From NCBI GenBank assembly GCA_965216915.1, contig CBDCGS010000007.1, positions 21,378-85,377 of the forward strand: DNA of 64,000 nucleotides, written 5' to 3'. The translations under genes were made by a program, and so were the position numbers. This DNA comes from Alphaproteobacteria bacterium (GTDB lineage Bacteria; Pseudomonadota; Alphaproteobacteria; UBA828). The notes beneath the pieces are model-generated. The model made no database searches. It was not told the DNA's origin and saw only the letters and a list, made by a program, of their open reading frames with translations. Within the stretch, counting starts at the first letter, position 1. The number at the start of each line of letters is the position of its first letter. Shown here in pieces: positions 36,772 to 44,677 of the stretch.

Positions 36772-39459
36772 ATGCGCGTTTTGCTGGCTGCCGCTGCGGC
36801 AGCGTTGATCGCCACCGGCGCGGGCGGTTACTGGTATCTGACCACCAAGGTCGAAGCCGAGCCGGTGCCCCGCGACGTGCTGGTGGCCGAGCAGGCGCTC
36901 GCTCTGCCCGGGATCGCTGGCCTCTTTCATCTCGACCTGGCCCATGCCATCGCGGTCGAAGAGTTCTTTCTGGGTGAAGCAGACAGAGACATGCTGTTCG
37001 CGCCCATGGCGGGCTCGGGGACGCTCGTCGATGTGCTGCGCAAGAGTGGGTTGGATCCGCGCCGCTCCGTCAGCCATGTCGTGGGTGCCCTGACGTTCGG
37101 CGAACCGGGGCCGCGCGCCGTGGCCGTTCTGCTCGGCGCGTTCCCGGTCGAGCCGCTGCGCGACCTGCTGTCCGAGCGCTATGACGCCAAGGAGAGCACC
37201 GTCGGCGGGCGCCCGGTCCTTTTGTTCAGCCATCTCGACACCGAAAGCTGCGAGGTGACCGGCCCCTACGCCCTCCATCTTTCGCCGGAGCGCGTCGTGC
37301 TCGGGAACCCGACGCTCGTCGGCACCGTTCTCGCGCGCCTCGACGACGGTGCCGCCTCCACGGTCGATCTGACGGCCTGGCGCGCCCACCGGGATGGCAA
37401 GATCTTGAGCCTGGCGATCTTGCGCGGCCCTCAGGAACTGGCGGCGCAGACACCACCCCCGATGGCGCAGATCGCAACCGGGGACGGCGAGGAGGCGCTC
37501 GAGCCGATCGAGCAGATCTATGCCGGCGTCGCGTTCCAACTGCTGCCGCGGCGTTTGATCGTCAGCACGCGCGTGGTTACCGAAGAACCCGCCTGGGCCG
37601 CCGAGGCGGCCGCCAGCTACGCCGCCTGGACCGACGAGGTCGATGCACGGCTCGGCGCGCAGCTGCCGGCCCTCGCGCGCCTCACGGACAGTCTGAGCGT
37701 CACCGCTGAGGGCGGACAGCTGGCGGCCGAAGCGGCCCTTGACGCTGATTTCGTCGGTCATGCGGGTGCGGTGCCCGGCGAAATCCTGCGGCTTCTGTTC
37801 AACGGGCCCGGTGGTGGCGCGGTGATCATCGGTGATGAGCGTCCGGCAATGGACGAGCAGATTCTGGAACCCGACGAGGTCACCAGCTATCGGGCGAGCG
37901 CGCACCACGCCAACCTAACCGGCTTCGACGCGGCGCTCGAGCACGGCTTCGAAACGGCGGCACTGACCGGTCCCTTCGGACTGCAGGCCGACGAATTTCG
38001 CCTGGTCGAGGTGGAGGGCGAGGAGCTGGTCGAGGTCTCGGTCGAGGCCGTGAGCGGCGAGATTCCGAACATGAGCGTGGACTCCCTGCACGCGGCGCGC
38101 GGAAACGCCCGCGCCCAGCTCGTCATCACCGCGGTGAGCGGCGCCGATGGCGAGGCTCTGTTGCGGGAGGAGCGCTGTGGGGCCGACCGCAACGAGCTCC
38201 CGGGCGGACTCCAGTCCGGCGTGCGCAGCCGCTACGTCGACGAGACGTTTGTCCAGGTTCCGATGGTCCAGGGCAAGAAGACGGTTCGTTTGAACGCTGG
38301 CGTCGGCGTCAATGAGATCGCGTCGATCGCGGGCTACATCGATCTTCGCTTGCCGACGCGGGTCGACGCCCACCGCGTGGAGGCGCCGTTCGACGGCCAG
38401 GCGATCGAGCTGCCGGGATTGCGCATCAGTCTAACCGAGGGCGAGCAAGGCACCGTGAGTTACGAGATCAGCGGCAGCAGCGACCGTGTGCTGGCCGTGC
38501 GCGCGTTGAATGCGGCGGGCCGGTATCTACGCGGCGCAGGCTCGTTTGCATCGGATCGTATCCTGGGTAGCGGCAAGACGGTGCGCAAATCCTTCGCCGG
38601 GACGCCGGCTGCCGTCGAGTTCGTGATCGCCGTCGAGGAAGCTCTCGAACGCTACCCTTTCGAGATTGCATCCGTCGCGCCAGTCTTCGACCGGTGGGAT
38701 CACCCGCAGCCGTTCACCGTCACCGCGACGTCGGCGAAGGCGTTCCGGCGCGAGAGCGCGGCCATCGACCTCAGCGCCGCGTGCGAAGGGCGAGCGGCGG
38801 ACACGCAGGTCACGCCATTCCAAGTCTGCCCGCAATCGGTCGCCGCTCGGTGGGGCGGTCTGACGGGGCAGTTCCAAATTCTCGGCCCTCCATCGCCGGC
38901 CCTGCTGGGCAACTTGTCGGCGTTGGAGCTGCGTCTCGACGCCGTCGACGTGGGAGATGGCGAGACGAGGCCGGTGCCGGTGAACGTGGGGACCTTCCTG
39001 CGGCTCCGCGCGGTCCATGGCAGTGATCATTTGGAGGACACACCCTGGCTTCAGGCCGAGGCCCCCGAGGCCCTCGAGGACAAGGACATCCGGGCCATCC
39101 AAGGCCGGCTCGTGGCGCGCCTGCCGCTCGGCTTCGAGCATCTGACGCTCCCGGTGACCGAGCTCGGCGGCGAGGCCAGCCACGCCAACGGCCTGGCCGC
39201 CCGGCTCGTCGGTTTTTGGAACGGCAGTCTTCAGATCGACGTCCGCGGTCCGCGCGAGCGCATCGTCCAATTCGTGCCCCGAGACGCAGCGGGCCGGGCG
39301 CTGGCCGCGATCAATGCACGCCTCGATGCGACCGACGAGCCCGGCCAATGGCGCGCCTCGCTGTCGGTCTCCGGCCGCCCGACAAGCCTCGACATCGTCC
39401 TGGCAGCCGAGCAGAAGGTCATCGAGTATCCGTTCGCCATGGCGATGGACGGGCGCTAA
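36772..39459 (+). CDS. hypothetical 895-aa membrane-anchored/exported protein
   Basis: ORF 36772..39459(+). N-terminal hydrophobic anchor MRVLLAAAAAALIATGAGGYWYL, GAGGGA 7-8 nt upstream, high GC3 and balanced amino-acid composition. The Arg-rich antisense ORFs are unlike this. No domain recognised. Confidence 0.7.
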   Translation: MRVLLAAAAAALIATGAGGYWYLTTKVEAEPVPRDVLVAEQALALPGIAGLFHLDLAHAIAVEEFFLGEADRDMLFAPMAGSGTLVDVLRKSGLDPRRSVSHVVGALTFGEPGPRAVAVLLGAFPVEPLRDLLSERYDAKESTVGGRPVLLFSHLDTESCEVTGPYALHLSPERVVLGNPTLVGTVLARLDDGAASTVDLTAWRAHRDGKILSLAILRGPQELAAQTPPPMAQIATGDGEEALEPIEQIYAGVAFQLLPRRLIVSTRVVTEEPAWAAEAAASYAAWTDEVDARLGAQLPALARLTDSLSVTAEGGQLAAEAALDADFVGHAGAVPGEILRLLFNGPGGGAVIIGDERPAMDEQILEPDEVTSYRASAHHANLTGFDAALEHGFETAALTGPFGLQADEFRLVEVEGEELVEVSVEAVSGEIPNMSVDSLHAARGNARAQLVITAVSGADGEALLREERCGADRNELPGGLQSGVRSRYVDETFVQVPMVQGKKTVRLNAGVGVNEIASIAGYIDLRLPTRVDAHRVEAPFDGQAIELPGLRISLTEGEQGTVSYEISGSSDRVLAVRALNAAGRYLRGAGSFASDRILGSGKTVRKSFAGTPAAVEFVIAVEEALERYPFEIASVAPVFDRWDHPQPFTVTATSAKAFRRESAAIDLSAACEGRAADTQVTPFQVCPQSVAARWGGLTGQFQILGPPSPALLGNLSALELRLDAVDVGDGETRPVPVNVGTFLRLRAVHGSDHLEDTPWLQAEAPEALEDKDIRAIQGRLVARLPLGFEHLTLPVTELGGEASHANGLAARLVGFWNGSLQIDVRGPRERIVQFVPRDAAGRALAAINARLDATDEPGQWRASLSVSGRPTSLDIVLAAEQKVIEYPFAMAMDGR

Positions 39460-39794
39460 CGCTCCGGTCTCCCGTTCGCCTTGTCTCAAGACGTACGCCC
39501 TTCCGACCAATTTTCGGCTCATCGACTCACTCGGCGCCGAGCGGAAGCGGCAAACCGCGGCTTCCCGGCGGCACAGCGCGTCGAGCGGCGTCAATGTGCC
39601 TTTCACCGTGAGGTTCTGTGCGGGGCCAGCCCGCTGACAACCCGGCACAAATGGAGCATCATCCGCCCAAGTCGGCGCGAACTTCTTCAATCGTTGAAGC
39701 CAACCCTCCGCCGCAGAGGCCTACACGGTGTCGACGGTTTGATCAGCGCCCGTTAGATCATCGTGAAAACTAAATTAGACACCGGCAATATCTG

Positions 39795-40733
39795 ATGCAC
39801 AGCAAAATGATATGCAGTTGGGTCAAGAGCCTCTTGGTTGCGTTCACAGCAACTATTTGTGCTGCATTTTCTGCGATGGCGGATTCTCATTTACCAAGTT
39901 CGCCCAGCGAGTGCTGCAAGGAAATGACAGATTATTTCTCACATCGTGCTCCGATTTTGAAAGAAAGAGATTTATTTAATGGATTTGTTCTGGGTTGTTC
40001 CATCGCTGAGCATCACATAGAAAGCAAAAATGACGCAAAGAAATTTCTTAATACGGATCGCAGCGACTGCAACATACTTTGCTCTCTTGCGGTCGGGATA
40101 AGTGGGTTGGAAAATGCGGCCTGTCGAGATGGCTGTTATTTTTATGGTACTAACTACAGTTCTCGGGGCCGTGAATTCACACATGCTTGGAGTTCCTGCA
40201 GAAAAGATGCTGTGGAGCGAACAACTGTAACGGTGCAGAGTCTGGGTGGGTATTTGACAGTGGAAAAGGGCGATGCCGTAATAGGGCGATTCAAGCATGG
40301 GTGGGGCGCATCGTTGTCAAAAAATCAAATTCATTTGGTGTTTGTCAAGCCAACAAAAACTAGGACAATGGATGATGGAGCAGTTTTATTTATAGATCAG
40401 GACTATTTTTATCTAAATGTCGAAAGTAGAGAAGTCAAAAGATTGTCGTTTACCGGAGGGCGAAAGCAGCTTGGAGCCATTTCCGGAAACGGTAGATTGT
40501 TCGCCTTCTTTGATTTAAACTCGGAAGTTGATCAGGTCATAATTGTGAGGACAGGAGATTTGGATAGCATCAATCTGATCTCGTCTGAAAAGTATGAAGT
40601 TCCTCCTTCAACTATTCCGGAGTGGACCGGGGAAAATGAAATAAGATTCGGATGTTTCGTTACTCGAAATGGCAACCCCTCTCTTAGGTGGTGTATTGGG
40701 GATGTGAATACCAAAACTGTGCGTGTCAAATAA
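39795..40733 (+). CDS. hypothetical secreted Cys-rich protein (312 aa)
   Basis: ORF 39795..40733(+). Signal-peptide-like WVKSLLVAFTATICAAFSAMA, 12 Cys in total with 10 in the N-terminal half (incl. the signal region), beta-rich C-terminal half. Very low GC (line 40321-40380 = 21/60). Confidence 0.7.
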   Translation: MHSKMICSWVKSLLVAFTATICAAFSAMADSHLPSSPSECCKEMTDYFSHRAPILKERDLFNGFVLGCSIAEHHIESKNDAKKFLNTDRSDCNILCSLAVGISGLENAACRDGCYFYGTNYSSRGREFTHAWSSCRKDAVERTTVTVQSLGGYLTVEKGDAVIGRFKHGWGASLSKNQIHLVFVKPTKTRTMDDGAVLFIDQDYFYLNVESREVKRLSFTGGRKQLGAISGNGRLFAFFDLNSEVDQVIIVRTGDLDSINLISSEKYEVPPSTIPEWTGENEIRFGCFVTRNGNPSLRWCIGDVNTKTVRVK

Positions 40734-40972
40734 TCCGTATCTACTATCAGGCCGAACTTAGGCTAACTATCACTCGGGAGACCTTGGCCGAATTTGGTGA
40801 GGCACGAGATATCATCAAAGTCGGCGCAGAATCCAGATTTCGCGCACCGGAGAACGCCGCCTCGCCGCCTCGCCGCCTCTTTGGCGTATGAAGCAGGTCT
40901 TCCACGGCGTGTGCCTGACGTGTCCCGCGAGGATGTGACCAGATGAGACCAGCGCTAAATCACTGAAATAAC

Positions 40973-41049
<77 letters not shown>

Positions 41050-41149
41050 GCGTCGGCGGACCCTACTGCAAGGCGCCGGCCGCGGCAATCCACCCCGGCG
41101 CCTCGGCGGGGCGCGCGCCTGGCTCGCCGCGATCGCGTCTCACCGGTGA

Positions 41150-42046
41150 TCACGCGCGCCGGTACCGCGCCTCTTCATTCGCTGCGGGCTCGGCGGTCAC
41201 GCGCCCGGTCTCGGCCAGGTGGATCAGGTGCGAGAGCACCGTGCGGGCGGCCGCCGCGTGCAGCGCGGGGTCAACGTCGCGGTAGAGCCGCGCGACCATC
41301 GCGGGGATCGTCTCGACGCCCTCGTCGATGCAGCCCAAGATCGCGGCCTCGCGCAGCTTCCTGTGGTTGAGGAGCTGGCGCACGAAGCGCGCCGGCTCGC
41401 GGATCGGCCCGCCATGGGTCGGCCAATAGGTCGCCTCGGCACGCAGCGCGAGCTTGCGGAGCGAAGCCATGTAGGCGCCCATGTCGCCATCGGGCGGCGA
41501 GATCACCGTGGTCGACCAGCCCATCACATGGTCGCCCGAGAACAGCGCGTTCTCCTCGCGCAGGCGAAAGCAGAGATGGTTCGAGGTGTGGCCGGGCGTG
41601 TGCACCGCCTCGAGCGTCCAGCCCGGCCCTTCGAGCGCCGCGCCGTCGGTGATCCGATGGTCCGGCGCGAACGCATAGTCCGCGCCTTCCTCGACCTTCG
41701 GCTCGCCGCGCGCGCCGCCATGCGGGCCGAAGCCGTAGCTCGCCGCGCCGGTCGCGGCTTTGAGGTGGCGCGTCGCGGGCGAGTGGTCGCGGTGCGTGTG
41801 GGTCACGACGAGGTGGCTCACGGTCTCGCCGTCGAGCGCGGCGGTCAGCGCATCGACATGGGCGGCGAGATCGGGCCCGGGATCGATCACCGCCACCGTG
41901 CCGCGGCCCACAATGTAGGTGCCGGTGCCGTAAAAGGTGAAGGCGCTCGGGTTGCGCGCGATGACACGGCGGATCAGCGGCGACACCTGATCGACCACGC
42001 CGTAGTCGAACTCCAACGTGCGGCTGAGCGCGAGACCGTGCGCCAC
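41150..42046 (-). CDS. MBL-fold metallo-hydrolase
   Basis: ORF 41150..42046(-). [11 protein letters not shown] (HxHxDH) and HTPGHTSNH motifs. Confidence 0.85.
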   Translation of the reverse strand: MAHGLALSRTLEFDYGVVDQVSPLIRRVIARNPSAFTFYGTGTYIVGRGTVAVIDPGPDLAAHVDALTAALDGETVSHLVVTHTHRDHSPATRHLKAATGAASYGFGPHGGARGEPKVEEGADYAFAPDHRITDGAALEGPGWTLEAVHTPGHTSNHLCFRLREENALFSGDHVMGWSTTVISPPDGDMGAYMASLRKLALRAEATYWPTHGGPIREPARFVRQLLNHRKLREAAILGCIDEGVETIPAMVARLYRDVDPALHAAAARTVLSHLIHLAETGRVTAEPAANEEARYRRA

Positions 42047-42049
42047 GGC

Positions 42050-43153
42050 TCAGGCCTCGTCGGCGTGAATCAGATGCAGGAAGATGTCCTCCAAGTCGGA
42101 TTCGTGGGTCGTGATGTCGAGGATCGTCGCGCCGGCATCCTTGACCGCGTCCAATATCTCGCCGATCTCGGTCTCGTGCCGGCGGTAGCGGACGACGAGC
42201 TGACGCGGCGAGCGGAGCTCGACGGCGAAGCGGCCGAGCGCCTCCGGCACGACCGCATGGTCCTCACCGGTCACGATCACGAGCTCCTTCGTGTCGATGC
42301 GCGCGAGCAGCGCGTGGGTCTCGTCGTAGGCGACGACCGCGCCGTGATGAATGATCGCGATGCGGTCGCAAAGCGCCTCGGCCTCCTCGAGATAGTGGGT
42401 GGTCAGCACCACCGTCGTGCCGCGCTCATTGAGCTGGCGCACATAGCTCCAGAGCTGTTGGCGCAGTTCGACATCCACGCCGGCGGTGGGCTCGTCGAGG
42501 ATGACGATCGGCGGGTCGTGAACCAGCGCCTTGGCGACCATGAGACGCCGCCGCATGCCGCCCGAGAGCGCCCGCGGATAGGTGCTGGCCTGATCGGTGA
42601 GGCCGACCGCGGCGAGAAGCTCGTCGGTGCGCCGCGCGCTTCGGCGCACGCCGTAATAGCCGGCCTGCACCTCGAGCGCCTCGCGCGCCGCGAAGAAGGG
42701 GTCGAGCACCAGCTCTTGCGGCACGACGCCGATCGAGAGGCGCGCGCCGCGCATCTCGCGGTCGAGGTCGTAGCCCCAGATCTGCACGCTGCCGCTCGTC
42801 TTGATGGCGAGGCCGGCCAGGATGTTGATGAAAGTCGATTTGCCGGCGCCATTGGGCCCCAACAGGCCGAAAAAGGCGCCACGCGGGATCGCGAGGTCGA
42901 TGCCTTTCAGCGCTTCGACGGTTTTCTTGCCGCTGCGATAGACCTTGCGCAGTCCCTGCGTCGCGATGGCGTTTGCGGGCGTGGTGCCGCCGGCCATCGC
43001 CCCGCCGCCGGCCATCGCCCTGCCGCCAGCCGTCGCCGCGCCGTCGCGCCCCTGCCGCGCGACGGGATCCGCCGGTCCCCCCGCGTGTCGCAACGATGTC
43101 GTGTCGGCCATGTCGTGGAAACCTCTCGCCGCCGCTTGAACGGCGGCGGGCAA
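42050..43153 (-). CDS. ABC transporter ATP-binding protein (ABC-2/CcmA-like) with Gly/Ala-rich N-terminal extension, start uncertain
   Basis: ORF 42050..43153(-). Walker A GPNGAGKST, signature LSGGMRRR, Walker B VILDEP. The extension contains three 18-nt tandem units. Confidence 0.85.
   Translation of the reverse strand: MPAAVQAAARGFHDMADTTSLRHAGGPADPVARQGRDGAATAGGRAMAGGGAMAGGTTPANAIATQGLRKVYRSGKKTVEALKGIDLAIPRGAFFGLLGPNGAGKSTFINILAGLAIKTSGSVQIWGYDLDREMRGARLSIGVVPQELVLDPFFAAREALEVQAGYYGVRRSARRTDELLAAVGLTDQASTYPRALSGGMRRRLMVAKALVHDPPIVILDEPTAGVDVELRQQLWSYVRQLNERGTTVVLTTHYLEEAEALCDRIAIIHHGAVVAYDETHALLARIDTKELVIVTGEDHAVVPEALGRFAVELRSPRQLVVRYRRHETEIGEILDAVKDAGATILDITTHESDLEDIFLHLIHADEA
42986..43039. 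repeat. 3 x 18-nt imperfect tandem repeat inside a coding N-terminal extension
   Basis: gccgccggccatcgcccc / gccgccggccatcgccct / gccgccagccgtcgccgc, encoding AATAGG-RAMAGG-GAMAGG on the minus strand. Confidence 0.8.
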
Positions 43154-43204
43154 TGGGTATCATCGCCGGCGCGCCGCGGTCAATGTCAGCCGAGCCGAGC
43201 CATC

Positions 43205-43390
43205 GTGGTCACCAAACCGCCAGAAACCGTTTACGTCGAGACCAAAACCATCGCCTGCGATGGTGGCGGCGGCGCGCTGGGGCATCCGCGCGTGTACCTG
43301 AATCTGGAGACCGAGGGCGCGATCGACTGCCCCTATTGCGACCGCCGCTTCGTGTTGAAGGAGGGCGCCAAGGGCGCGGCCGAGCACTAG
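43205..43390 (+). CDS. zinc-finger (zf-CHCC / NDUFS6-like) domain protein
   Basis: Last 61 codons of long ORF 41219..43390(+), GTG start at 43205. IACDGGGGALGHPRVYLNL...IDCPYCDRRF is the zf-CHCC pattern. Confidence 0.6.
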   Translation: MVTKPPETVYVETKTIACDGGGGALGHPRVYLNLETEGAIDCPYCDRRFVLKEGAKGAAEH

Positions 43391-44568
43391 GCCGCGCGGC
43401 TCCCGGCGCGGTCCCCACGCCCGAGGCTTCGCGCGAGCGCGAGCGCAGCCAACCCGCCGATACCGGACATCACGACGGCCGCCCAATAGGCATCCGCCTG
43501 CCACAGGGCATAGAGCCAGCCCGCGAGCAATAGCCCGAGGCCAAGACCGGCGCCGTTGGTCAGAGCCGCGAAGAGGGCCTGCGCCGTGTTGGCCAGCCCG
43601 CCCGGCACGCGCCGCGCGATGAACAGCATCGCGCCGAGATGCATGGCGCCGAACGTGAAGCCATGGAGCGTTTGAGCAAGGAAGAGGAGCCATATCTCGG
43701 CGGTGCTCGCCAAGACCGCCCAGCGCACGACACCGGCGAGCGCCGCGATGAGAAACAGGTGCGCCGGCCCCAGGCGACGCGCCAACGGCGCGCCGAAGGC
43801 GAACAGGATGATCTCGGCGATGACCCCCGTGGACCAGAGCAACCCGACGATCCAGGTCGGGATGCCGATCGCCTGCCAATGCAGGCTGGCGAAGCCGTAG
43901 TAGACCGTGTGGGCGCCATGGATCGCGGCGGTTGCGAGGATGAACAGGCGAAACGGACGGTCCGAGAGCAGCGCGCGGAAGGAGACCGCGGTCGGTGTGC
44001 GGGGTGACGGACGTTCCGGGAGCGCCGCCGACGCGGCGACCAGGATTGCGACCGTCCCGAGCACGAGCCAAACGATCAGCGTGGCAGACGGCGCGCGCTC
44101 GGCCTCGAGGGCCGCGCCGCCGAGCGCGGCGGCGGCGACGAAGGCGACCGATCCCCAGAGGCGCACGCGACCATAGCCGGCTTCGGCCGAGACGCTGCGC
44201 AGGGCAAGGGTCTCGCCGAAAGGAAGCACGCTCGCATAGGCGAGGGAAAAGGCCGCTGTCGCGAGGAGGAGCGGCCAGAAGCCGGCCGTCCAGAAGAACG
44301 GCACCATCAGCATGAGCGCGAGCACCGCCGCGAGCACCAGCGGCGCCCGGGTCGTGCCGGCGCGATCGGCATAGCGTCCGATGAAGGGGCCGATGCCCGC
44401 GCGAAGCCACAGGGCGAGGCCGAGCACGAGGCCGATCTCCGCGCTCTCGAGGCCGCGCGCACCCAGATAGAGCGGCCAAAACGGCAGCATGACGCCGGCC
44501 ACGAGAAAGTAGGCGGCGTAGAATGCGGACAGGCGCAGGGCGCTGCCGGCGTGCGCGCGCGGGTTCAT
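43387..44568 (-). CDS. MFS transporter
   Basis: ORF 43387..44631(-) trimmed to ATG 44566-44568. About 12 hydrophobic segments. LRLSAFYAAYFLVAGVMLPFWPLYL is typical of the HcaT/MFS_1_like group. Confidence 0.85.
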   Translation of the reverse strand: MNPRAHAGSALRLSAFYAAYFLVAGVMLPFWPLYLGARGLESAEIGLVLGLALWLRAGIGPFIGRYADRAGTTRAPLVLAAVLALMLMVPFFWTAGFWPLLLATAAFSLAYASVLPFGETLALRSVSAEAGYGRVRLWGSVAFVAAAALGGAALEAERAPSATLIVWLVLGTVAILVAASAALPERPSPRTPTAVSFRALLSDRPFRLFILATAAIHGAHTVYYGFASLHWQAIGIPTWIVGLLWSTGVIAEIILFAFGAPLARRLGPAHLFLIAALAGVVRWAVLASTAEIWLLFLAQTLHGFTFGAMHLGAMLFIARRVPGGLANTAQALFAALTNGAGLGLGLLLAGWLYALWQADAYWAAVVMSGIGGLAALALARSLGRGDRAGSRAA

Positions 44569-44677
44569 GCGTCGGGCCTCTTGGGCGGGGATGCGCGGGC
44601 GTGGCATAGTGGCTCGGCGCGCTGCATGCAAGGGCGCGCTCGGCGCCAGTGCCGGCCAACGAACAATCGGGGGAATC

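Noticed and set aside
36310-37908. 532-aa minus-strand ORF in the island. The same applies to ORF 38527..39690(-).
   Set aside because: Both are antisense to the 895-aa gene and Arg/Gly/Asp-rich without structure. The plus-strand frame has the better codon bias, an SD and an N-terminal anchor.
39745-39760. Possible degenerate repeat of the tRNA-Arg 3' end (agcgcccgttagatc versus ggcgcacccgagagga) at the GC boundary before the Cys-rich gene.
   Set aside because: The match is too weak to call by eye.
40856-40878. Tandem repeat gcctcgcc x about 2.5.
   Set aside because: It is a very short simple repeat in non-coding DNA with no evident function. It is noted only as part of the island's right spacer.
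41219-43390. 723-aa plus-strand ORF spanning three loci.
   Set aside because: It is antisense to the MBL hydrolase and ABC ATPase genes, with junk composition. Only the last 61 codons (the zf-CHCC protein, 43205..43390) look real.
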